From contig CAZGOS010000003.1 in the NCBI GenBank assembly GCA_964527795.1, forward strand, positions 1-42,997: a stretch of DNA of 42,997 bases. Reading direction: 5' to 3'. Made by a program: the position numbers and the translations under genes. The notes under the pieces are model-generated. The model worked only from the letters and a program-made list of their open reading frames with translations. It made no database searches and was not told where the DNA came from. Numbering within the stretch: the first letter of the stretch is position 1; every line of letters starts with the position of its first letter. Origin of the DNA: an uncultured Rhodothermales bacterium (GTDB lineage: Bacteria; Bacteroidota; Rhodothermia; Rhodothermales; UBA10348). Positions 34,104 through 42,198 of this stretch are shown one piece after another.

Positions 34104-34859
34104 CTAGCCGGCGTCCTTCGCACACCTGAACCCGACCGCCGGCGTACGCACATACCGCAAAGTTCCCGCCCGCCAGTACGTGCGCGTCACGTGTGGCTCG
34201 CTTGATATCCCGCCGCCCCGCAGGATACGCATGTCCCTTTTGTCCGGATTGTTGTAGACGGGCAAATCACCCGTTTCAGGGTAGTTCTCGTAATAAGCTC
34301 CTACCCACTCCCCCACGTTTCCGCTCATATCGAAAAGACCAAAAATATTCGGTTTCTTCTGCCCTACAGGCAATGATTTGCCGCTACTATTCTCCCGGTA
34401 GCTCACAAATTCGTCAATCGCAAGATCATCGTTTGTACCGGCATACTTCTGTTTTGCCCTCCCTCCAGCGGCCGCATACTCCCATTCTCGTTCCGTCGGA
34501 AGACGAGCGCCAACATGTGCGCAGTACGACGCTGCGTCATCCCAGGACACGTCAACCACAGCACGTTTTCCCCTGTCACCGCTTTCTGGAACCGGAATCG
34601 GACGACTCGTGCTTTTGGCGAACGCATCGTAGTCTTCGAACGTGGTCTCGAAGCGGGAGAGGTAAAAGGTTTCTGCCTCGAAAGCGTGCAGGGGGAGCGC
34701 ATCGTCGTTCGATCCTTCGAAACTGTCTCCCATGAGAAAAGGACCGCCTTCTATCCGAACCATGTCCAGTTCGAGTATACTCGGCCTTCTCAGTCTTGCG
34801 GATCCGGAGCAACCCGTTACAGCCACACAGATAACGAGGTACAAAGTAAATCGCAACAT
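34104..34859 (-). CDS. Formylglycine-generating-enzyme (SUMF1/FGE) family lipoprotein
   Basis: Lipobox VTGCSG. GGPFLMGD, WDDAASYCAHVGARLPTEREWEYAA, NIFGLFDMSGNVGEW, ILRGGG and GFRCAKD are present. Confidence 0.8.
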   Translation of the reverse strand: MLRFTLYLVICVAVTGCSGSARLRRPSILELDMVRIEGGPFLMGDSFEGSNDDALPLHAFEAETFYLSRFETTFEDYDAFAKSTSRPIPVPESGDRGKRAVVDVSWDDAASYCAHVGARLPTEREWEYAAAGGRAKQKYAGTNDDLAIDEFVSYRENSSGKSLPVGQKKPNIFGLFDMSGNVGEWVGAYYENYPETGDLPVYNNPDKRDMRILRGGGISSEPHVTRTYWRAGTLRYVRTPAVGFRCAKDAG

Positions 34860-34929
34860 CGGAGAAGAACGGAAAAGTGGTTTTCGGCTCTACGACCTGC
34901 TGTCCCACGCAAAGTTGCTGTCAACTCTC

Positions 34930-35157
34930 CTATTCGTGGTGCAGGGCATTCACCGGGTCTGCCGTGGCCGCCTTGACCGACTGATAGCCCACGGTCAGCC
35001 ATGCGATAATGACCGCCATCGCGCCTGCGAAGGCTAATATTTCCCATCCCATCTCGGTCGCGTACGCGAAATCCTGCAGCCATGCTCGCTTGGCGAAGTA
35101 GGCCACAGGAAATGCCAGGGCCGGATACGTCGCGCCCCGAATCATCGCTGATGGCAC
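34930..35157 (-). pseudogene. 3' remnant of an FtsX/MacB-type ABC permease gene
   Basis: Only the last ~70 aa are present (FPVAYFAKRAWLQDFAYATEMGWEILAFAGAMAVIIAWLTVGYQSVKAATADPVNALHHE). This is the conserved final TM hairpin and tail of FCB-type FtsX permeases. The upstream space is occupied by an unrelated intact gene ending at 35190. Confidence 0.55.
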
Positions 35158-35189
35158 ATAAATCCGCGTTCCGGTTTGCGACGTGAATG

Positions 35190-36407
35190 TTATCGTGGGC
35201 CGTCGATAAAACCCGGCTTGACGACCAACCACAGACTGAATCCGACGGGCAAAAGCGCCGGCCAAGCCATTTCAAAAAGGATCCAGCCGCCCTTCAGGCC
35301 TCCCGGCCAAAACATGGTGAGTGGGAGCAGGGAGAGTACGACCAGCGAAACGGCCAGGTTCATCCAAAAACGCTGCGCCCTGCCTGTTACTCCGATGATC
35401 TGATGAGCGGCGGCGATAATACCGAGCGAAACAAATCCAAGCAGATGGACGTGCAGGTAGAGAAGGCGCTCGGCGTATAAATCAGACCACCAGATGGTCG
35501 GTGTAATACAGACGATAAAGAGACCGAGGGTTTTGAGGGCCAGGAAGAGTGCCGGCACTTTCCACACCCCGTCAGACCGACGAAAAATTTGTCTGCAAAT
35601 CACCAGAAGCCCAACCGCCATGAACGACCCGGCTATGCGGGCGAGAAGCTGCGCGGGTGGCGAAACAAGAGAGCGAGGCATTCCCAGCAGAAACGAAATC
35701 GATATGCCTGCCACGAGCATCCATGTGGCCACGGTCATCGCTTTGGTCGCACCCCGGTCTTCTTCGACAAAAGAAATCGCCAGCCCGAGCACGGCGAGCA
35801 ATAACCAACCCTCTGAGAAATAGTTCAGAAAGATGCGCGTGAACGCCGTCGTTAGCACGAGACCGTCGGCGCCGAGCGGTGTGGCAACTGAAATACCCCA
35901 CGCTCCAAGCGATGCGAGAACAAGAAAAAGAAGCGCGCCATCAAAAAGCGCTATCGCCCTTCTTCTCTGCACGCCTCTCGTTTGCCTGGCATACCCCCAG
36001 ATAAACAGATACCACGAAAACATATTCAACCCGGCCAGAATCACAGAAGGTGGAAGGGTGAATGTGCCAATCGTCATCGGACTGTATCCGAAGAGCAGGA
36101 ACGGGATGTAGGAGAGCCAGCCCAGAATCAGGGCTGAGACCATTCCGAGCTTGCCGGCCTTATGTGCTTCACGACCTGTGAGCGCGCGCACGCGAGCCGT
36201 GATCAACAGAAACAGAGCGGGCGTAACCCATGCGAAATACATCAGGTGCGAGTGGGCATGCCTGGCGTTGGCAAGATTAATGCCGGATGGGAACCCATAT
36301 GCCAAGCTGAATCTGAAAAAAGCACCCGTGGCCGCTGCCAGAGTGAACGCAAGAACAGCTCCCCGCCAGACGGTGCGCTCGAGAGAAGATAGATGGGCCG
36401 GTGTCAT
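35190..36407 (-). CDS. Polytopic (~12 TM) His-motif membrane protein, NnrS-like
   Basis: NARHAHSHLMYFAWV lies near TM2. LYLHVHLLGFVSLGIIAAAHQIIGVTGR lies near the C-terminus. These resemble the HAHEM...GF and H...G...GHTGR segments of NnrS by eye. The assignment is tentative. Confidence 0.4.
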   Translation of the reverse strand: MTPAHLSSLERTVWRGAVLAFTLAAATGAFFRFSLAYGFPSGINLANARHAHSHLMYFAWVTPALFLLITARVRALTGREAHKAGKLGMVSALILGWLSYIPFLLFGYSPMTIGTFTLPPSVILAGLNMFSWYLFIWGYARQTRGVQRRRAIALFDGALLFLVLASLGAWGISVATPLGADGLVLTTAFTRIFLNYFSEGWLLLAVLGLAISFVEEDRGATKAMTVATWMLVAGISISFLLGMPRSLVSPPAQLLARIAGSFMAVGLLVICRQIFRRSDGVWKVPALFLALKTLGLFIVCITPTIWWSDLYAERLLYLHVHLLGFVSLGIIAAAHQIIGVTGRAQRFWMNLAVSLVVLSLLPLTMFWPGGLKGGWILFEMAWPALLPVGFSLWLVVKPGFIDGPR

Positions 36408-36796
36408 GTGGGTGTATCAATCATAATCGGATTGGTCTTGGGACCTTGAAATTACTTCCTTCCCGAATCTAGATCCTGTCAATTCCGCACATATTGCATC
36501 TCTCGGAACTTCCAGCAATTGTCGGAAAGAAAGGAATCGGCCGGTCGTCTTCGATTATGCTCGCCATTATCGCCGGCGCCTGGCTCTACAGAGAATAGGA
36601 GCATGGACGCTGCTCGACCGCCGGATAGGTTGAGAACATGGAAAAGGCCGATGGGTGGATTCGGTGTGTTTTCCGTATTCCGAAATGTTGCCGGACAATT
36701 TCACAATTCGAGTTGTTATACTTCTGATATGCATGTAATATATTAGCTCTCCCCGGCTTCGTAACCATGTGTTGACAACCTGGACCCAAGAGTGCC

Positions 36797-37711
36797 ATGT
36801 CTGACCGCTGGACCGGCGTTTTTCCTGCCGTTACAACCAAATTTAATGATGATTATTCGCTGGATTATGCAGGCATGGAGCGCCACTTCAACTACCAGAT
36901 CGAAGCCGGCGTTCATGGAATCGTTGTCACAGGCACGCTTGGCGAGAATGGTTCGCTGACGGCCGAAGAAAAACAGGAAGTTTTGAAACTGGCCGTGTAC
37001 GTCAGCGACGGGCGCGTACCGGTACTGGCCGGTGTTGCGGAAAACACGACAGTCGAGGCATGCCGTGTCGTTGAGTCAGGTACGGAAGATGGCGCCAACG
37101 GATTCATGATACTTCCGGCTATGCTGTATGAAGCTGATCGACGGGAAACTCTGACGCACTTTCGCGCGGTAGCCCGGGCGTCAGATCTTCCGATGATGAT
37201 TTACAACAATCCGGTGGCCTACAAAGTCGACATTACGCCGGCCATGTTTGCCGAGTTGGCCGATGAACCTGCGTTTGTTGCAATCAAGGAGTCTTCGGAA
37301 GATGTCAGGCGCATCACGGATATCTACAACGCGGTTGGCGACCGGTATCAGATCTTCACAGGTGTGGATAACCTGGCTCTGGAGAGTATTCTTCTCGGTG
37401 CGGTCGGTTGGGTTGCCGGTCTGGCCTGTGCATTTCCAAAAGAAACAGTTGCCCTGTTCGAACTGGCAAAAGCCGCGCGGACCAAAGAGGCGCGTGCGTT
37501 GTATCGCTGGTTCATGCCTCTCCTTCATCTCGACGTTTCTAACAAACTCGTCCAGAATATCAAGCTGGCGGAAACGATCGAGGGTGTCGGCACCGAAACC
37601 GTGCGGCCGCCGCGCCTTGCCCTGCATGGAGACGAGAGAAACCGCATTGCCGCGACTGTTGAATCGGCCATCGCCCGACGACCTGACTTAACCGTACTGG
37701 AAACAGCCTGA
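36797..37711 (+). CDS. DHDPS/DapA-family enzyme, likely delta1-pyrroline-4-hydroxy-2-carboxylate deaminase
   Basis: DapA-family N-terminus (GVFPAVTTKF...GVHGIVVTGTLGENGSLTAEEK) and MIYNNP are present. The function is inferred from the operon with a hydroxyproline epimerase, an FAD oxidase and an aldehyde dehydrogenase. Confidence 0.75.
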   Translation: MSDRWTGVFPAVTTKFNDDYSLDYAGMERHFNYQIEAGVHGIVVTGTLGENGSLTAEEKQEVLKLAVYVSDGRVPVLAGVAENTTVEACRVVESGTEDGANGFMILPAMLYEADRRETLTHFRAVARASDLPMMIYNNPVAYKVDITPAMFAELADEPAFVAIKESSEDVRRITDIYNAVGDRYQIFTGVDNLALESILLGAVGWVAGLACAFPKETVALFELAKAARTKEARALYRWFMPLLHLDVSNKLVQNIKLAETIEGVGTETVRPPRLALHGDERNRIAATVESAIARRPDLTVLETA

Positions 37712-37758
37712 TCAGAAATTCATTTCCTTTTCCACAGATACACTTCCCTTTACGAACC

Positions 37759-39204
37759 ATGAATAACGGATCCTCAAGCAGCAATTTCATCGGCGGTGCA
37801 TGGACAGCGGCGCCCGATGTCATTCAGAATATCAATCCATCGGATCTTTCCGATGTCGTCGGGGAATATGGACATTCCGAAGCTGATCAAGTCCATGAAG
37901 CCGTTGCTGCGGCCACGGTTGCGGCCGCCGAGTGGGCCCACTCGACCCCACAGCAACGTTTCAACGTACTCGACGCCGTGGGCACGGAGATTCTGGCAAG
38001 AAAAGAAGAAATAGGAACCCTGCTGGCTCGCGAAGAGGGTAAAACGCTTCCCGAGGGCATCGGAGAGACAAATCGCGCAGGACAGATCTTCAAGTTTTTC
38101 GCCGGCGAAGCGCTTCGTCTCGGGGGTGAGAAGATTCCGTCGGTCCGCCCGAACGTGGATGTCGAAATCAGTCGTCACCCCATCGGCGTAGTCGGAATCA
38201 TCACTCCCTGGAATTTCCCTATTGCCATTCCCGCCTGGAAAATTGCTCCGGCGATCTGCTACGGAAATGCCGTCGTATTCAAACCTGCTGAACTGGCTCC
38301 CGGATGCGGCTGGGTGCTCGCGGACATCATCTCCCGTTCCGCGCTACCCGAAGGTGTTTTCAATATGGTCTGTGGTTCCGGCCGCTCGGTTGGAAACGCC
38401 ATCACGGAGCACCCGGACATTGCCGGTGTTTCGTTCACGGGATCGCAAACGGTTGGCCACATGGTGGCGATGAAATGTATCGAGCGCCACGCCAAGATCC
38501 AGCTAGAGATGGGTGGTAAGAATCCGCTCGTTGTGCTGGACGATGCCGATTTGAATACGGCTGTTGACTGCGCAGTCAATGGCGCTTTTTTCTCGACCGG
38601 TCAGCGTTGCACGGCCTCCAGCCGCTTCATCGTAACGGAGGGGTTGCACGACCGTTTTGTCGAATGTGTAATCGAAACCATCAGGAATCTAAAGGTGGGA
38701 AATGCTCTCGAACCGGATACAATAATCGGCCCGGTTGTATGTGAGGATCAGCTTAATAAAAATCTGGCGTACATCGAGATCGGGAAAAAGGAAGGTGCAA
38801 CACTGGCCTGGGGAGGCGAACGCCTCGAACGCGAAACGGAAGGCTACTACCAGGCCCCTGCCCTGTTTACGGATACGACGCCGGACATGCGCATTAACAG
38901 GGAGGAAATATTTGGACCGGTGGCAAGCGTCATCCGCGTCAAGGACTACGAGGAAGCACTCGCGGTCGCCAACGATACGGAATTCGGTCTTTCAACCGGT
39001 ATTTGCACGACCTCACTCCGGTATGCCCGCGATTTTCAGAAACGCGCTGACGCCGGCATGGTCATGATCAATCTGCCGACTGCCGGTGTCGATTACCATG
39101 TTCCCTTCGGAGGGAAAAAGGGATCGAGTTATGGAAGCCGGGAGCAGGGATCGTATGCGGCCGAATTCTATACGACCGTGAAAACAACCTACATCCATTC
39201 CTGA
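37759..39204 (+). CDS. NAD(P)+ aldehyde dehydrogenase, likely alpha-ketoglutarate semialdehyde dehydrogenase
   Basis: ALDH motifs are present: ITPWNFP, FTGSQTVG, LEMGGKNP, the catalytic-Cys segment STGQRCTA, and EEIFGPV. Confidence 0.8.
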   Translation: MNNGSSSSNFIGGAWTAAPDVIQNINPSDLSDVVGEYGHSEADQVHEAVAAATVAAAEWAHSTPQQRFNVLDAVGTEILARKEEIGTLLAREEGKTLPEGIGETNRAGQIFKFFAGEALRLGGEKIPSVRPNVDVEISRHPIGVVGIITPWNFPIAIPAWKIAPAICYGNAVVFKPAELAPGCGWVLADIISRSALPEGVFNMVCGSGRSVGNAITEHPDIAGVSFTGSQTVGHMVAMKCIERHAKIQLEMGGKNPLVVLDDADLNTAVDCAVNGAFFSTGQRCTASSRFIVTEGLHDRFVECVIETIRNLKVGNALEPDTIIGPVVCEDQLNKNLAYIEIGKKEGATLAWGGERLERETEGYYQAPALFTDTTPDMRINREEIFGPVASVIRVKDYEEALAVANDTEFGLSTGICTTSLRYARDFQKRADAGMVMINLPTAGVDYHVPFGGKKGSSYGSREQGSYAAEFYTTVKTTYIHS

Positions 39205-39219
39205 TTTCCGGAGATCATC

Positions 39220-39879
39220 ATGGCTGTAGACGCATGCGATGGCCGCGAATCGCTGGCCGATCAGGCGTACGACATGGTCGAGCGCATGATCGTGACGCTC
39301 GATCTTGCCCCCGGGACGGTGTTCTCGGAAATAAAACTCAGTGAACAAATCGGTATCGGCCGCACACCGCTGAGGGAAGCGCTGCAACGACTGGCCGGTG
39401 ATCGCCTGGTCGTCGCTTTGCCGCGTCGGGGCATGATGGTGACAGAAATCAACGTCATGGAGTACCTGGCCCTTCTCGACACGCGCCGCGAACTCGATCG
39501 CCTGATCGCAGTACGCGCCTGCAGAAGAGGAAAGGCCGATCAGCGGGAAACGCTGCGCGACTATGCCCGGCAGATCGGCGAGGCGGCAGATCACCAGGAT
39601 GTGGATACGTTCATGCGACTGGATAGAGCGTGTGATGAAATTCTGGAAGCAGCGGCCCGTAATGCATTCGCCGTTCAGGCCGTGGCTCCTCTACACGCCC
39701 ACTGTCGACGCTTCTGGTCGATGTATAAGGAAAACGGTGATTTGGCCCAGTCGGCTGCTCTTCACAGCTCGATGTTGAAGGCCGTGGCGGACGGAAACGA
39801 AGAGAAGGCCGCCGAAGCGTCGGATGCCCTGATCGATTATCTGGAGCGGTTCACCCGCGAAGCTTTGGAGCTCGTCTGA
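39220..39879 (+). CDS. GntR-family transcriptional regulator (FadR/FCD subfamily)
   Basis: The N-terminal wHTH LSEQIGIGRTPLREALQRLAGDRLV is present. The all-helical C-terminal domain carries His/Asp residues typical of FCD. Confidence 0.8.
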   Translation: MAVDACDGRESLADQAYDMVERMIVTLDLAPGTVFSEIKLSEQIGIGRTPLREALQRLAGDRLVVALPRRGMMVTEINVMEYLALLDTRRELDRLIAVRACRRGKADQRETLRDYARQIGEAADHQDVDTFMRLDRACDEILEAAARNAFAVQAVAPLHAHCRRFWSMYKENGDLAQSAALHSSMLKAVADGNEEKAAEASDALIDYLERFTREALELV

Positions 39880-39883
39880 GGTT

Positions 39884-40885
39884 ATGGCACGCAGAGAATT
39901 TGTTTGCATCGATACACATACGTGCGGCAATCCCGTTCGGATCGTCGTCGAAGGCGGTCCGGATCTGTCGGGCTCTTCGATGATGGAACGGCGGCGCCAT
40001 TTCATCGACGAATACGACTGGATCCGTACCGGTCTGATGTTTGAACCAAGAGGACACGACATGATGTCCGGGAGCCTGCTGTACGAGGCGACACGGGACG
40101 ACTGCGACGTTGCCGTATTGTTTATCGAAACAAGTGGCTGTCTTCCCATGTGCGGTCATGGCACGATCGGAACCGTGACTACCCTGATCGAACAATCGCT
40201 GGTCACGCCCCGAACTCCGGGGGTTGTTTGTCTCGACACGCCGGCCGGTCGCGTGGACGCGTACTACACGCTGGAGGGCGAACGTGTCAGTTCTGTCCGG
40301 TTTGTCAACGTGCCGGCTTTCGTTTCCCAAACGCAGTGCGTAGTTGATTGTCCGGACCTTGGCAAACTGTATCTGGACGTATGTTATGGCGGTAACTTCT
40401 ACGCCATCGTCGATAGACAGAAGAACTATCGGGATATGGCCGATCATGCGGCCACGGATCTCATTCGCCATAGCCGCGAGATACGCAGGCAACTGAATGA
40501 ACGGTACGAATTCATTCATCCTGAAAGTCCCGACATTCACGGCTGCTCCCATCTGCTCTGGACGGGCGAAGCGATCCATCCGGATGCGCATGCCCGCAAT
40601 GCCGTATTCTACGGCGAGACGGCCATCGATCGATCTCCGTGCGGCACGGGGACTTCATCCAGAATGGCGCTGATGGCATCAAAAGGCTTACTGGAAGTCG
40701 GCGAACCATTTGTGCACGAGAGTATCATCGGAAGTCTTTTTACCGGACGAATCGAGGCAAAAACGACGGTCGGAAACAAGGAAGCGATCGTGCCCAGTAT
40801 TGAAGGTTGGGCTCGTATCATCGGCTTCAACAAAATCATTATTGATGAGGACGATCCCTACGCACACGGGTTTCAGGTGATATAG
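39884..40885 (+). CDS. Proline racemase-family enzyme, 4-hydroxyproline 2-epimerase type (Cys/Cys catalytic pair)
   Basis: HTCGNPVRIV is present. The first catalytic Cys lies in LPMCGHGTIG and the second in DRSPCGTGTS. A Cys/Cys pair indicates an epimerase or racemase rather than a Cys/Thr dehydratase. Confidence 0.85.
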   Translation: MARREFVCIDTHTCGNPVRIVVEGGPDLSGSSMMERRRHFIDEYDWIRTGLMFEPRGHDMMSGSLLYEATRDDCDVAVLFIETSGCLPMCGHGTIGTVTTLIEQSLVTPRTPGVVCLDTPAGRVDAYYTLEGERVSSVRFVNVPAFVSQTQCVVDCPDLGKLYLDVCYGGNFYAIVDRQKNYRDMADHAATDLIRHSREIRRQLNERYEFIHPESPDIHGCSHLLWTGEAIHPDAHARNAVFYGETAIDRSPCGTGTSSRMALMASKGLLEVGEPFVHESIIGSLFTGRIEAKTTVGNKEAIVPSIEGWARIIGFNKIIIDEDDPYAHGFQVI

Positions 40886-40920
40886 CCATCACTTGTATTC
40901 TTACGAGTTCAGGTAATCTG

Positions 40921-42177
40921 ATGAACGATCGATACGATGTGACGATAATCGGCGGCGGCGTCATTGGACTCAGCTGCGCCCACTACGTCCGTCGGACAGG
41001 TGCTTCGGTCTGCGTCCTGGAGAAAGGTCCGTTTCTGCAGGGCGCCTCGATGGAAAATGCAGGCCTGCTTGTTCCGAGTCATATTGAATCCTACGCGGCA
41101 CCGGGCATCATTGCGCAAGGCTTGAGGTGGCTGTCCGATCCCGAGAGTCCGTTCTATATCAAACCCCGTGTCGACATGGAGCTCACGCGCTGGCTCTGGG
41201 GATTCAGGGCTGCCTGTACGAAAGAAAATGTAGCGCGGGGCATTCCGATTCTCAGGGACCTCGCATTCGCAAGCCTTGAACTGCACGCTACGCTTGCCCG
41301 GTTGCCCGGATTTGAGAACACGGGTCTCGAGCACAAGGGGCTTTTTGTACTGCACAACTCGAAGAAGAGTGAGCGTTCGAATCTGGCGCTCGCGGATGCA
41401 GCCGAGAAGGCCGGACTTCGAATCGAACGCCTGTCGAAGGAAGAGACGCTGGCTCGGGATCCCGGTATCCGCACGCCCATGAACGGCTCCGTCTATTTTG
41501 AAGAGGATGCGTCTTTCGATTCCGAGAAATTCATGACCGCTCTGCTGGCCCACGTGAAGAACGAAGGTGTCGAGCTGATCGAAGAGACGGACGTGCAGGG
41601 CTTTCAGAATTCGAATGGCGCAGTAACGAGCGTGCAGACATCCGCCGGTGATATCGAGACGGACCACCTCGTATTGGCAGCCGGAGCATGGTCGGGGCTT
41701 CTGAGCCGGAAACTGGGATTCCGTCTTCCCATTCAGCCGGCTACAGGTTATAGCATCACGGTTGATAATCCAGGTTCTGAACTTAGAATACCTGTCATAA
41801 TTACCGATCAGAAAGTGACCATCACGCCCATGCCTGGACGTATGCGATTCGGAGGAACACTCACACTCGTTGGATTCGATACGGAAATAGATACGAGGCG
41901 GGTACGACCGCTTCAGCACCAGGTGAAATTGTACTGCCCTGAAATCGAGTCCGGTGAGAGGCCCATGCCGGAAACCTGGTCCGGGTTCAGACCGTGTACG
42001 AATGACGGTCTGCCCATCATTGGCCGCGCGGAAAAGTGGAAGAATGTGATCGTGGCTTCCGGGCACGGAATGCTGGGCATGACCCAGGGACCCATTACGG
42101 GTAAGCTTGTGGCCGATCTATGTGAGAACGGTACACTCGATCTGGATATTTCCGAACTGAGTCCCAACCGGTTCTGA
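40921..42177 (+). CDS. FAD-dependent oxidoreductase (DAO family), likely D-hydroxyproline dehydrogenase/oxidase
   Basis: The dinucleotide-binding motif YDVTIIGGGVIGLSCA and the C-terminal GHGMLGMTQGPITGKL are present. Operon context supports the call. Confidence 0.8.
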   Translation: MNDRYDVTIIGGGVIGLSCAHYVRRTGASVCVLEKGPFLQGASMENAGLLVPSHIESYAAPGIIAQGLRWLSDPESPFYIKPRVDMELTRWLWGFRAACTKENVARGIPILRDLAFASLELHATLARLPGFENTGLEHKGLFVLHNSKKSERSNLALADAAEKAGLRIERLSKEETLARDPGIRTPMNGSVYFEEDASFDSEKFMTALLAHVKNEGVELIEETDVQGFQNSNGAVTSVQTSAGDIETDHLVLAAGAWSGLLSRKLGFRLPIQPATGYSITVDNPGSELRIPVIITDQKVTITPMPGRMRFGGTLTLVGFDTEIDTRRVRPLQHQVKLYCPEIESGERPMPETWSGFRPCTNDGLPIIGRAEKWKNVIVASGHGMLGMTQGPITGKLVADLCENGTLDLDISELSPNRF

Positions 42178-42198
42178 TTTCAAACCCGGCCGGTTGCC

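Noticed and set aside
36772-36777. Perfect TTGACA hexamer upstream of the hydroxyproline operon, considered as a -35 box
   Set aside because: It lies only ~20 nt from the ATG with no -10-like hexamer at the correct spacing, so it cannot serve as the -35 box of a promoter driving this gene's start codon. It was retained only as part of a possible GntR-type inverted repeat (GTTG-A-CAAC).
40909-42066. 385-aa minus-strand ORF, plus similar long antisense ORFs: 39851-40591 (-), 39013-39594 (-), 20948-21682 (+), 17231-17719 (+), 34193-34735 (+), 29155-29679 (+), 23232-23684 (-)
   Set aside because: Each lies entirely antisense to a gene with strong family signatures (FAD oxidase, epimerase, GntR/ALDH, PBP2, TBDR, FGE, RIC, peptidase fusion). 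Their translations are Arg/Ser/Pro-rich with no recognisable motifs. These are typical shadow ORFs of GC-moderate DNA.
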